A DNA stretch of 49,878 bases from Pseudomonadota bacterium (GTDB lineage Bacteria; Pseudomonadota; Gammaproteobacteria; UBA4575): contig JBCCEI010000001.1 of assembly GCA_039030355.1 (NCBI GenBank), forward strand, positions 1-49,878, given 5' to 3'. The position numbers and the translations under genes are program-made. Position 1 is the stretch's first letter, and every line of letters begins with the position of its first letter. This document shows, one piece after another, positions 15,512 to 24,783 of this stretch. The notes beneath the pieces were generated by a model. That model saw only the letters and a program-made list of their open reading frames with translations, was not told where the DNA came from and made no database searches.

Positions 15512-15829
15512 GTCTTATGAGCTATATGAGCAAAATGGCTTAAATCCATGGTTCTATTATCAGTTATGGACATGGATCAAGACTACTCGCAAACCCCTAA
15601 AAATTACTTATCTCATGACTGTAATAAATCGTATCTCTGTTGGGATAAATAGTTTTTTGGGTGGCACCCAATGGTAGGGATTTAGCCTTTTTAGCCCTAC
15701 TTCTACACTTCTAACATTATGTTTTTAGGACTTTTCTGTTAAGTCCTGTTAGGTATCTATCGATTCAGATTCGTCCAGCGAATCAAGGATTTAACATTTT
15801 TCTGGTAACTAATTTTAGGAGATTCCACT
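15512..15829. promoter_or_regulatory. Divergent intergenic control region between the TauD-like operon and dsrA, with several inverted repeats
   Basis: 318 bp non-coding. Perfect palindrome TTGGGTG-g-CACCCAA (15657-15671). GTAGGG..CCCTAC (15674-15700). AGGACTT-n7-AAGTCCT (15727-15747). GATTCG-n5-CGAATC (15768-15784). AGGAG RBS before the dsrA ATG. Confidence 0.5.
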
Positions 15830-17092
15830 ATGGCTGATAAGCATCATCCTACCCCCATGCTTGATGAGCTAGAGAAAGGCCCTTGGCCAAGTTTCATTTC
15901 TGGTTTTAAACGCCTTCGCGACAACCACCCAGATGAAAGAATTAACGGTGTCGCTAATTCACTATTAGGTCAATTGGAACACTCTTATGAAACACGTAAA
16001 GGTTATTGGAAAGGTGGAACCGTATCAGTGTTTGGTTACGGTAGTGGAATCATTCCTCGCTTTTCAGAAGTTGGCGCAGCGTTTCCAGAATCAAAAGAAT
16101 TTCACACACTTCGTGTGCAACCACCTGCAGGCAACTACTACTCTACAGATATGTTGCGTCAATTAGGTGACAGTTGGGAAAAACATGGCTCTGGGCTTGT
16201 TACTTTCCATGGTCAAACCGGAAACATTATGTTTATCGGTGCAACGACAGACAACACACAACATTTCTTTGATGAAATTAACGAATACGGATGGGATCTT
16301 GGGGGTGCAGGACCATGTGTACGAACAGGAATGTCATGTGTAGGTGCGGCACGTTGTGAAATGTCTAACGCAGATGAAATGAAAATTCATCGTACGTTAT
16401 TAAATAATTTCACTGATGACGTTCACCGTCCAGCGCTACCTTACAAATTCAAATTTAAAGTTTCAGGCTGTCCAAATGATTGCATGAATGCGATTGAACG
16501 TGCTGACTTTGCCATCATCGGCACATGGCGTGACGACATGAAGGTTGACCAAGAAGAAGTTAAAAAATTCGTTAAGCGCAAAGGCCGTCAATATGTAATT
16601 GATAACGTCATCACACGTTGCCCAACAAAAGCGCTAGCGCTGAAAGATGACGACACATTAGATGTGAATAACAAAGACTGCGTGCGTTGCATGCATTGCT
16701 TGAATGTGATGGTGAAAGCGTTATCACCAGGTGATGACAAAGGTGTTTCAATCCTTATGGGTGGTAAACGCACTCTTAAAATTGGTGACTTGATGGGAAC
16801 CGTCGTAATTCCTTTCATGAAACTAGACACTGAAGAAGATTATGAAAAGATCGTTGAACTTGCAGAAGAAACCATAGACTTCTGGGCAGAAAATGGTTTA
16901 GAGCACGAACGTTGCGGTGAAATGATCGAACGTATCGGCTTAGTCAACTTCCTTGAAGGTGTTGATGTAGACGTTGATCCAAACATGGTGAACGAGCCGC
17001 GTCAAAGTTCTTATATTCGAATGGATGGTTGGGATGAAGAAGCCAAAGAATGGTTCGATAAAAAAGCTGAACGTAAGCAAGCTGTAGGTTAA
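15830..17092 (+). CDS. dsrA: Dissimilatory sulfite reductase (reverse type) alpha subunit
   Basis: 420 aa. TPMLDELEKGPWPSFISGF N-terminus, siroheme/FeS Cys clusters (CVRTGMSCVGAARC, CPNDC) and ferredoxin insert (CVRCMHC). Gene order dsrAB-EFH-C. Confidence 0.95.
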   Translation: MADKHHPTPMLDELEKGPWPSFISGFKRLRDNHPDERINGVANSLLGQLEHSYETRKGYWKGGTVSVFGYGSGIIPRFSEVGAAFPESKEFHTLRVQPPAGNYYSTDMLRQLGDSWEKHGSGLVTFHGQTGNIMFIGATTDNTQHFFDEINEYGWDLGGAGPCVRTGMSCVGAARCEMSNADEMKIHRTLLNNFTDDVHRPALPYKFKFKVSGCPNDCMNAIERADFAIIGTWRDDMKVDQEEVKKFVKRKGRQYVIDNVITRCPTKALALKDDDTLDVNNKDCVRCMHCLNVMVKALSPGDDKGVSILMGGKRTLKIGDLMGTVVIPFMKLDTEEDYEKIVELAEETIDFWAENGLEHERCGEMIERIGLVNFLEGVDVDVDPNMVNEPRQSSYIRMDGWDEEAKEWFDKKAERKQAVG

Positions 17093-17138
17093 TTAAAAGT
17101 ATTTCAATCTTTGTAAGAATTAAGCGTAGGAGAATATA

Positions 17139-18212
17139 ATGGCGCAAGAGCATCGCCCACCCATAGAGTCAGGTGTACCTGACGGATTCCAATACATGCA
17201 TCCAGTGATGCGCAAAAACTATGGTATGTGGAATTATCATGAACATCCACGACCAGGCGTTTTACTTCACGTTGCTGATAATGGCGATAAAATCTGGACT
17301 GTACGTGCAGGTACACAACGTATTCTAGATGTTTTCACACTTCGCACGTTATGCGACATTGGTGACGAGTTTGCTGACGGATATGTGCGTTTCACAATTC
17401 GTAGCAACATCGAATACATGGTGGCTGATGAAGCAAAAGTACAACCAATGATTGATAAACTCGAAGCTGAAGGTTTTGTGGTAGGTGGAACAAAAAATTC
17501 AGTCGCGATGATTTCGCACACTCAAGGTTGGTTACATTGTGATATACCAGGCACAGATGCATCAGGTGTTGTTAAAGCAATGATGGATGAACTTATTGAC
17601 GAGTTCAAAGAAAACAACATGCCTAACCGTGTACATATTACAACTTCTTGCTGTCAAATTAACTGTGGCGGTCAAGGTGATATCGCAATTAATGTGCAAC
17701 ACACCAAACCACCTAAAATAAATCATGACTTAGTCTCTAATGTTTGTGAGCGACCTTCAGTTGTAGCGCGCTGCCCCGTTGCAGCAATTCGACCTGCTAT
17801 GGTAAATGGCAAACCTTCGCTGGAAGTAGATGAGAAAAAATGCATCTGTTGTGGCGCTTGTTTCCCACCTTGTCCCCCAATGCAAATTAATGATGCGGAA
17901 CATACTAAACTTGCAGTTTGGGTTGGCGGTAATCACTCAAATGCACGTGGCAAACCAACATTCCAAAAATTAGTTGCTGCTGGCATTCCAAACAACCCAC
18001 CACGTTGGCCTGAAGCCACTGCAATTGTTAAACGCATCCTTCGTGCTTATCGTGATGATGCAAAAGATTGGGAACGCATTAACGATTGGGTAGAGCGAAT
18101 TGGCTGGCCACGTTTCTTTGAAGTTACTGGACTACCATTCACTAAGTTTCATATTGATAACTGGCGTGGTGCACGTCGCAGCTTAAATGCTTCGACTCAT
18201 ATCCGCTTCTAA
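17139..18212 (+). CDS. dsrB: Dissimilatory sulfite reductase (reverse type) beta subunit
   Basis: 357 aa. CCQINCGGQGD cluster and ferredoxin-type CICCGACFPPCP. Directly follows dsrA. Confidence 0.95.
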   Translation: MAQEHRPPIESGVPDGFQYMHPVMRKNYGMWNYHEHPRPGVLLHVADNGDKIWTVRAGTQRILDVFTLRTLCDIGDEFADGYVRFTIRSNIEYMVADEAKVQPMIDKLEAEGFVVGGTKNSVAMISHTQGWLHCDIPGTDASGVVKAMMDELIDEFKENNMPNRVHITTSCCQINCGGQGDIAINVQHTKPPKINHDLVSNVCERPSVVARCPVAAIRPAMVNGKPSLEVDEKKCICCGACFPPCPPMQINDAEHTKLAVWVGGNHSNARGKPTFQKLVAAGIPNNPPRWPEATAIVKRILRAYRDDAKDWERINDWVERIGWPRFFEVTGLPFTKFHIDNWRGARRSLNASTHIRF

Positions 18213-18229
18213 GTACATTAGGGGTTAAT

Positions 18230-18622
18230 GTGAAATTTGGAATCGTAATTAACGAAGGACCGTATACGCATCAAGCTTCGGATTCTGCATTACAATTTAC
18301 AAAAGCTGCTTTAGAAAAAGGGCACGAAATTTTTCGTGTGTTTTTCTACCACGATGGCGTAAACAATGGCACCAGTCTTGGTGTTCCTCCGCAAGATGAT
18401 CGCAACTTACCTGACGAATGGTCAGAGCTTGCTGAAAAACATGGATTAGATTTAGTTGTATGCGTTGCTGCTGCACAACGTCGCGGAATGTTGGATGAAG
18501 ATGAAAGTAAACGTAACGGCAAGACATCTAACAATCTAACCAAAGGTTTTCGTATTTCAGGCTTAGGTCAATTAATTGAAGCCGGCATTCAGGCGGATCG
18601 CCTGATTACATTTGGAGATTAG
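18230..18622 (+). CDS. dsrE: Sulfurtransferase DsrE (TusD-like)
   Basis: 130 aa with a GTG start. MKFGIVINEGPY... DsrE fold with the conserved Cys in LVVCVAAAQRRG. Position after dsrB. Confidence 0.9.
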   Translation: MKFGIVINEGPYTHQASDSALQFTKAALEKGHEIFRVFFYHDGVNNGTSLGVPPQDDRNLPDEWSELAEKHGLDLVVCVAAAQRRGMLDEDESKRNGKTSNNLTKGFRISGLGQLIEAGIQADRLITFGD

Positions 18623-18624
18623 GT

Positions 18625-19041
18625 ATGTCAGATGAAGGTGTAGTTAAAAAGTTTTGCTATATGAACCGCAAGGCACCTTACGGAACAATTTACGCGCTCG
18701 AATCACTTGAAGTTGTATTAATCGCAGCCGCATTTGATCAAGATATCAGCCTTGTATTTGCTGATGATGGTGTATATCAGTTGACTAAAAATCAAGATAC
18801 AGACGGTATTGGCATGAAAAACTTTTCTAAAACATATACAGCTTTAGGAGATTACGACATTAAAAAGATTTATGTAGAAAAAGAATCACTAGATGAACGT
18901 GGTCTATCTACAGATGATCTTCAAGCCTTGGTTTACGAAGACGAAGATGATGATTGGGCAGAAAAAAATTCATTGTTTGTCGTTGAGCGCAAAGAGCTAT
19001 CTAAAATTATTGACGAACAAGATGTCGTTTTAAGTTTTTAA
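18625..19041 (+). CDS. dsrF: Sulfurtransferase DsrF (TusC-like)
   Basis: 138 aa. DsrE/F-family fold. Starts 2 nt after the dsrE stop. Assigned by position in dsrEFH. Confidence 0.85.
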   Translation: MSDEGVVKKFCYMNRKAPYGTIYALESLEVVLIAAAFDQDISLVFADDGVYQLTKNQDTDGIGMKNFSKTYTALGDYDIKKIYVEKESLDERGLSTDDLQALVYEDEDDDWAEKNSLFVVERKELSKIIDEQDVVLSF

Positions 19042-19055
19042 CTGGAAATATAGTC

Positions 19056-19364
19056 ATGTCAACTTTACACATTGTTAATAAATCTCCATTTGAAAGAAAT
19101 TCTCTAGATTCTTGCATCAGACTTGCTGCGAAAGGCAGCTCAGTGTTGTTGTTTGAAGACGGCGTTATTGCTGCGATGCAAAACACAAAACACAGTAACG
19201 CGGTAACCGAAGCAATAGCGGATGTTTCGTTTTATGTCTTAGGTCCCGATATCAAAGCCCGTGGACTTAGTGATAGTAACGTGATTGATGGCATTAATGT
19301 CATTGATTATGACGGCTTTGTGGACCTTACGACTGCGCATGAAACTGTTCAGTCGTGGTTATAA
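19056..19364 (+). CDS. dsrH: Sulfurtransferase DsrH (TusB-like)
   Basis: 102 aa. MSTLHIVNKSPFE... TusB/DsrH-type N-terminus. Assigned by position in dsrEFH. Confidence 0.85.
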   Translation: MSTLHIVNKSPFERNSLDSCIRLAAKGSSVLLFEDGVIAAMQNTKHSNAVTEAIADVSFYVLGPDIKARGLSDSNVIDGINVIDYDGFVDLTTAHETVQSWL

Positions 19365-19407
19365 CTTTTTTATATTTTTTATAATTGTAGGTAAATAGGA
19401 GAGTCAT

Positions 19408-19740
19408 ATGCCTTTAGAAGTAAATGGTCAGTCTTTTGAAACTGATGAAGAAGGTTACTTAGCAAACTTAAACGATTGGCAACCTGACCTAGCTGAAGCA
19501 ATGGCTACAGCTGATGGTGCAGAGTTAAGTGAAAACCATTGGGAAGTCATTAACTTTCTGCGTGAGTACTATGAAGAGTATCAAATTGCTCCAGCAGTTC
19601 GTGTATTGACTAAAGCAATTGGTAAAAAACTTGGTAAAGATAAAGGTAACAGCAAATATTTATATGAGTTGTTCCCATATGGTCCTGCAAAACAAGCATG
19701 TAAGTATGCAGGCCTACCAAAACCAACTGGCTGTGTATAA
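19408..19740 (+). CDS. dsrC: DsrC, sulfur-carrier substrate of DsrAB
   Basis: 110 aa. The C-terminal arm has both functional cysteines (PAKQACKYAGLPKPTGCV). Confidence 0.95.
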   Translation: MPLEVNGQSFETDEEGYLANLNDWQPDLAEAMATADGAELSENHWEVINFLREYYEEYQIAPAVRVLTKAIGKKLGKDKGNSKYLYELFPYGPAKQACKYAGLPKPTGCV

Positions 19741-19805
19741 ATTAAAGAACCTCTAATTTATTTTGTAGCCACGTTACACGCTAAATTAATCGTTCTATAA
19801 GAAAT

Positions 19806-19835
19806 TTCAAGAAGTGGCATAAGCTGCTTCTTGAA
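19806..19835 (+). terminator. Stem-loop after dsrC (possible partial terminator or mRNA-stabilising hairpin)
   Basis: TTCAAGAAG (19806-19814), 12-nt loop, CTTCTTGAA (19827-19835). The downstream U-tract is weak, so it is probably not a full terminator. Confidence 0.35.
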
Positions 19836-19886
19836 TTACAAACATACTAAGCGATATGTTCAGTATGTATATACAAGACCCAACAT

Positions 19887-20645
19887 ATGTCTGCATTAAC
19901 CGTAACATTCACCATATTATTTTATATAGCTACTGCTGTATTTCTGATATTTGTTGCGCGTAAAGTATGGATCTATAAAAAAACACCCGCTCCTCTAAAG
20001 ATTCCTACAACACCTGCTCCAACAACAACTGCAGGTGTCGCTTTTAGAATGGTAAAAGAGGTAACCATTTTTGAAAGTTTATTTAAATCCAGCAAATGGA
20101 CTTGGTTATTTGGCTGGATTTTTCATTTTGGTTTGTTGCTCGTGTTACTCAGACATTTGCGTTACTTCATTGACCCTGTCTGGGGATGGGTTACCTTTTT
20201 ACAACCATTTGGAAAATATGCTGCATTCATGATGCTCATTGGCTTAGCGGGCCTATTCGCACGTCGTATTTTTGTGGATCGTGTACGTTACATATCTGCA
20301 CCTTCTGATTACTTAATGCTGTTATTGCTGATCGCAATTGGCGCAAGTGGTGCGCTCATGACCTTTGTTGAACATACAGATATTGTCGCACTGAAGTCTT
20401 TTCTCATCAGTTTGATGACGCCTTGGCAAGTAGGTGGTATCACACCTATGCCAAATGATTTATTACTTATTGTGCATTTAAGTTTAGTCATTTTACTTAT
20501 GATCATATTTCCATTTAGCAAACTACTGCATGCACCGGGAGTATTTTTCAGCCCAACACGCAACCAAGTCGACAATCCACGCGAACAAAGACATCTCGCT
20601 GACTGGGCTACTAAACTAGAATCTAACAAGGCTAATGCGAGTTAA
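19887..20645 (+). CDS. dsrM: DsrM, NarI-like di-heme b membrane subunit of DsrMKJOP
   Basis: 252 aa with 5-6 TM helices carrying conserved His residues (FHFGLLLVLLRH). Followed after 2 nt by dsrK. Confidence 0.9.
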   Translation: MSALTVTFTILFYIATAVFLIFVARKVWIYKKTPAPLKIPTTPAPTTTAGVAFRMVKEVTIFESLFKSSKWTWLFGWIFHFGLLLVLLRHLRYFIDPVWGWVTFLQPFGKYAAFMMLIGLAGLFARRIFVDRVRYISAPSDYLMLLLLIAIGASGALMTFVEHTDIVALKSFLISLMTPWQVGGITPMPNDLLLIVHLSLVILLMIIFPFSKLLHAPGVFFSPTRNQVDNPREQRHLADWATKLESNKANAS

Positions 20646-20647
20646 TC

Positions 20648-22201
20648 ATGGCTGCTGCAGAATTTGATACTCCTGTTCTTAATGAATATCCGCTTATTCC
20701 TCGTCTGCAAGATGATGTGATGAAACACAGCCAGCCTTATGTTGCTAAACCTGAGTTTCAAGAGAAACTTGGGTTCCCGGGCGAACTAGTTGATAACTGG
20801 GAACAAGTTGCCATCGATAAGATGGGTGAGCTCAAAGACAGATATCGCTCATTACAAGTTTTTTTAGATTCTTGTGTGAAATGTGGTGCGTGCACTGATA
20901 AGTGTCACTACTATCTTGGAACAACCGATCCAAAAAATATGCCGGTTGCGAGACAAGATTTATTTAGAAAAGTATATCGTCGTTATTACACACTCTCTGG
21001 AAAATTGTTTCCTAAATTGGTTGGCGCAGAAGACATGACCAAAGAAGTATTAGATGACTGGTATAGTTATTTTCATCAATGCTCACAATGCCGACGTTGT
21101 TCCGTGTATTGCCCATATGGAATTGATACTGCAGAAATCTCTATGGCTGCTCGTGAAGTAATGGATGCTGTTGGCCAAGGCCAAAAATACTGCAACGAAA
21201 TTATCGGTAAGGCACAAACCATTGGAAACAATCTTGGTTTACCCGAACCTGCGCTCATCGACACACTTGAAGGCCTAGAAGAAGACGTTGAAGAAGACAC
21301 GGGTGTTAAGGTTCGTTTTCCAGTGGATGAAAAAGGTGCTGAAGTATTACTTATTACCCCTTCTGCAGATTTCTTTGCCGAACCACATATCGATGGTTTG
21401 ATTGGTTATGGAAAAGTATTTCACCAAGCAGGGATCTCCTGGACATTAAGTTCTTATGCAAGTGAAGCTGCAAACTTTGGCATGTTTATCGGTAGTTATG
21501 AAAATATGCAAAAACTTGCACTACGAATTCGTCAAGCTGCGATCGATCTTGGGGTTAAAAGAATTGTATTTGGTGAGTGCGGACATGCATGGCGTGTTGC
21601 TTATTCTTTTTTAAACACCCTTGCCGGCCCGTTTGATTTTCTGAATCCAAACTATCCTGTGCCACAACATATTTGCGAAGTAACACATGGATTAATTCAG
21701 GAAGGTAAACTCACATTAGATCCATCAGAAAATGATGACATGGTAGTGACCTACCATGACTCTTGCAATGTCGCACGCGCATCACGAATGGGAGACACTC
21801 CTGGAGGTCAATTCGAGATACCAAGAGAAATAATTAAGGCGGTGTGCAACAACTATGTCGACATGCCGAGTTACGCAATTAAAGAAGGTACTTACTGTTG
21901 CGGTGGCGGTGGCGGTCTTTTAACCGATGACTTAATCGAGCTGCGTGTAAAGGGTGCGATGCCGCGCATGGAAGCCCTTAAAAATGTAGTTGACGATTTT
22001 GGGGTAACTCATATGGCTGCAATATGTGCCATTTGTAAGAGTCAGTTTTCCAAGGTTTTCCCTTACTATGACTTCAGAATGGACCAGATTGTGAGCCTAC
22101 ATCAGCTGGTTAGCAATGCGGTTGTCCTAACACCGGAGAAGACAATTGAGGGTGACGAAGAAAACGATTCTAATCATGATAGCCAAGCAGAAGCGGCTTA
22201 A
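20648..22201 (+). CDS. dsrK: DsrK, HdrD-like FeS catalytic subunit
   Basis: 517 aa. Ferredoxin motifs CVKCGACTDKC and CSQCRRCSVYCP. CCG-domain cysteines (YCCGGGGG). Confidence 0.9.
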   Translation: MAAAEFDTPVLNEYPLIPRLQDDVMKHSQPYVAKPEFQEKLGFPGELVDNWEQVAIDKMGELKDRYRSLQVFLDSCVKCGACTDKCHYYLGTTDPKNMPVARQDLFRKVYRRYYTLSGKLFPKLVGAEDMTKEVLDDWYSYFHQCSQCRRCSVYCPYGIDTAEISMAAREVMDAVGQGQKYCNEIIGKAQTIGNNLGLPEPALIDTLEGLEEDVEEDTGVKVRFPVDEKGAEVLLITPSADFFAEPHIDGLIGYGKVFHQAGISWTLSSYASEAANFGMFIGSYENMQKLALRIRQAAIDLGVKRIVFGECGHAWRVAYSFLNTLAGPFDFLNPNYPVPQHICEVTHGLIQEGKLTLDPSENDDMVVTYHDSCNVARASRMGDTPGGQFEIPREIIKAVCNNYVDMPSYAIKEGTYCCGGGGGLLTDDLIELRVKGAMPRMEALKNVVDDFGVTHMAAICAICKSQFSKVFPYYDFRMDQIVSLHQLVSNAVVLTPEKTIEGDEENDSNHDSQAEAA

Positions 22202-22247
22202 AGATTTATTAACTTAAACATTATTTTTTTAAGAACAGGAACAAGAC

Positions 22248-24200
22248 ATGGCAACTCCTAAAGAAGAAATGACACACAAACTTACGTTTAGAAAGTTTGA
22301 AGATGGTGACTATACCTGGGGTAATTTTGGTGATCAGATTTTTAGAGAAGACACTTCTCACAAATGTCCTACCTATGTACACCGCACACCTCCGTGCCAA
22401 GGTAGCTGCCCCTCTGGTGAAGACATTCGGGGCTGGTTGCAGATTGTTCGTGGAATTGAAAAACCACAAGTTGAAGGCATGAGTATGCAAGAGTATGCAT
22501 TCTTACGTTCAACCGATGCGAATCCATTTCCTTCCATGATGGGTCGTGTTTGCCCAGCGCCTTGTCAAGATGGCTGTAATCGTAACCACGTAGAAGATTT
22601 TGTTGGAATTAATGCAGTTGAACAATACATTGGTGACACAGCTTTTGAACAAGGATTCAAATTTGAATCACCTGCCGAATTATCTGGCAAAAAGGTAGCA
22701 ATTATTGGCGGCGGTCCAGCAGGACTCGCAGCAGCTTACCAGCTACGTCGCATGGGCCATGCGAGTGTTATTTTTGATGATCATGAAGAGCTCGGTGGCA
22801 TGTTCCGTTATGGCATTCCTGGTTATCGCACACCTCGACCACATCTAAACCATGAAATACAACGTATCCTTGATATGGGCAACATCGAAACGCGTATGAA
22901 AACGCGTGTTGGTAAAGATATTTCTGTAGAAGAAGTTGAAAAAGAATTTGATGCAGTGTTATGGGCACTAGGATGTCAATCTGGTCGTGGCTTACCGGTT
23001 GAAGGCGGTGATGCGCCTAACTGTGTTGCGGGCGTGAAATTCTTGGAAGCATTTAATACTGGACGCTTACAAGTTACAGCAGATCGCGTGGTCTGTGTTG
23101 GTGGTGGTGACACCTCAATTGACGTGGTATCGGTCGCACGACGTTTGGGGCGCATTGAAAAACTCAATAAAGAAGAAGCACCTGAACATGTCATTGGTGG
23201 CTATGTTGCACATGATGCTGCATATGCGGCAGCACGCGAAGGTGCGGAAGTGACGCTAACTTCGTTATTCCCTAAATCAGAAATGACTGCTGCGGAACAT
23301 GAAGTACATGATGCACAACGTGAAGGTGTAACCATTAAAGATGGAGTCATGCCTGTGAAAGTCATTTTAGGCGATGATGGACGTGCCACAGCATTGCGCA
23401 TGGCAGAATGTAAAATGGAAGATAATCGACCTGTTCCGGTGGAAGGCACAGAATTTGATATTGAATGTGATTTGATCGTTTCTGCTATTGGTCAAGGTGG
23501 CGATTTAGAAGGTCTTGAAGAATTCGATAACGGTCGTGGCTTAATCGATGCGGATAAGTTTTACGCCGTACCTGAGCGCGAAGGCCATTTTGTTGCTGGC
23601 GATATAATTCGCCCACACTTACTAACTACTGCAATCGGACAAGCATCTATTGCTGCTGAAAGTATTGATTATTATTTCAATGACACTGAAATCAAAAAAC
23701 GACCAAAAGTGGATGTGCACCATTTTGATTTATTAGAAAAATTACAGGAATCTGGTCTTGAGCCAGAAGACTACAAACCTGGTGAATATCGTGGTACCGA
23801 TGAAGCAGAATTCTCAGTGCATAATTTTGAAGATCGTGCCGCACAAGAAATTATTTCATACGATGAATTATTCCTAGGACATTTTCCATTCACGCCACGT
23901 AATTTGCGTGAAGAACATGGTCCCGATGCTGAGGAAGTACTTGGTCACTTTGAAGAACGAATGAAAAACTTCAGTGATGAACAAGCAGTTGAAGAAGCAG
24001 AACGTTGTATGAGTTGCGGTATGTGTTTTGAATGCGACAACTGTGTGGTTTATTGCCCACAAGATGCAGTATTTCGCGTGAAGAAAGATGAATCAACCAC
24101 AGGTCGTTATGTAGACACTAATTATAATAAGTGCATTGGTTGTCATATTTGTGCCGATGTTTGTCCGACTGGATACATCGATATGGCCCTCGGTCATTAG
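22248..24200 (+). CDS. dsrL: DsrL, NAD(P)H:acceptor oxidoreductase (GltD-like) with C-terminal ferredoxin domain
   Basis: 650 aa. N-terminal FeS Cys motifs (CPTYV..CQGSCP, CPAPCQDGC), FAD/NAD Rossmann motifs (IIGGGPAGLAAA; CVGGGDTSID), and C-terminal 2x[4Fe-4S] (CMSCGMCFECDNC, CIGCHICADVCP). Confidence 0.9.
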   Translation: MATPKEEMTHKLTFRKFEDGDYTWGNFGDQIFREDTSHKCPTYVHRTPPCQGSCPSGEDIRGWLQIVRGIEKPQVEGMSMQEYAFLRSTDANPFPSMMGRVCPAPCQDGCNRNHVEDFVGINAVEQYIGDTAFEQGFKFESPAELSGKKVAIIGGGPAGLAAAYQLRRMGHASVIFDDHEELGGMFRYGIPGYRTPRPHLNHEIQRILDMGNIETRMKTRVGKDISVEEVEKEFDAVLWALGCQSGRGLPVEGGDAPNCVAGVKFLEAFNTGRLQVTADRVVCVGGGDTSIDVVSVARRLGRIEKLNKEEAPEHVIGGYVAHDAAYAAAREGAEVTLTSLFPKSEMTAAEHEVHDAQREGVTIKDGVMPVKVILGDDGRATALRMAECKMEDNRPVPVEGTEFDIECDLIVSAIGQGGDLEGLEEFDNGRGLIDADKFYAVPEREGHFVAGDIIRPHLLTTAIGQASIAAESIDYYFNDTEIKKRPKVDVHHFDLLEKLQESGLEPEDYKPGEYRGTDEAEFSVHNFEDRAAQEIISYDELFLGHFPFTPRNLREEHGPDAEEVLGHFEERMKNFSDEQAVEEAERCMSCGMCFECDNCVVYCPQDAVFRVKKDESTTGRYVDTNYNKCIGCHICADVCPTGYIDMALGH

Positions 24201-24279
24201 TAAGGGTCATTAACAAGAGCCACCAAGAACATTACATTTATGTTCTTAGTATTGCGATTACAATAAAAATAATTTTCTA

Positions 24280-24774
24280 ATGCGGGAATTTATAGTAAAA
24301 AATTATATTTACATACTACTCGCAGTAGTGCTTGTTTGTTGCGTCATTGGCATCACAATTGTATACGCCGACAGTCCAGCTGATATACCACCACCGAAAC
24401 AAAAATATAATGAAGAAACAGTTTGCGTTGAACCTGTAGAAGTCATGCGCAAAAAACACTTTGATTTTGTTTTAGATCATCGTGACAAAACCGTAATAGA
24501 CGGCATACGCACTAAAAAGCATAGTTTAATTGAATGCATTGATTGCCATATTACTGCAAGTGCTGAAGGTGAATATGCACGTTATTCGCAAGAAACACAT
24601 TTTTGTGCCAGCTGCCACCAATATGCCGCAGTAACCATTGACTGTTTTCAGTGTCATGCGGATCGACCAGAGGAAGCAATTCGCAAGAAAATGAACCCTA
24701 ATCAAACAGTTGGGCGCACTCAAGAACAAAAAATAAACTCTTATTTGCACCTCAGTAGTGTGAAGCATCATTAA
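24280..24774 (+). CDS. dsrJ: DsrJ, periplasmic tri-heme cytochrome c
   Basis: 164 aa. Signal anchor and three CxxCH motifs (CIDCH, CASCH, CFQCH). Confidence 0.9.
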   Translation: MREFIVKNYIYILLAVVLVCCVIGITIVYADSPADIPPPKQKYNEETVCVEPVEVMRKKHFDFVLDHRDKTVIDGIRTKKHSLIECIDCHITASAEGEYARYSQETHFCASCHQYAAVTIDCFQCHADRPEEAIRKKMNPNQTVGRTQEQKINSYLHLSSVKHH

Positions 24775-24783
24775 CGTATAATT

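Noticed and set aside
15663-15680. TGGCAC at 15663-15668 as a sigma-54 -24 element upstream of dsrA.
   Set aside because: The -12 element is missing: TGGCAC-ccaat-GGTA rather than TGGCAC-n5-TTGC. The TGGCAC is simply half of the TTGGGTGgCACCCAA palindrome.
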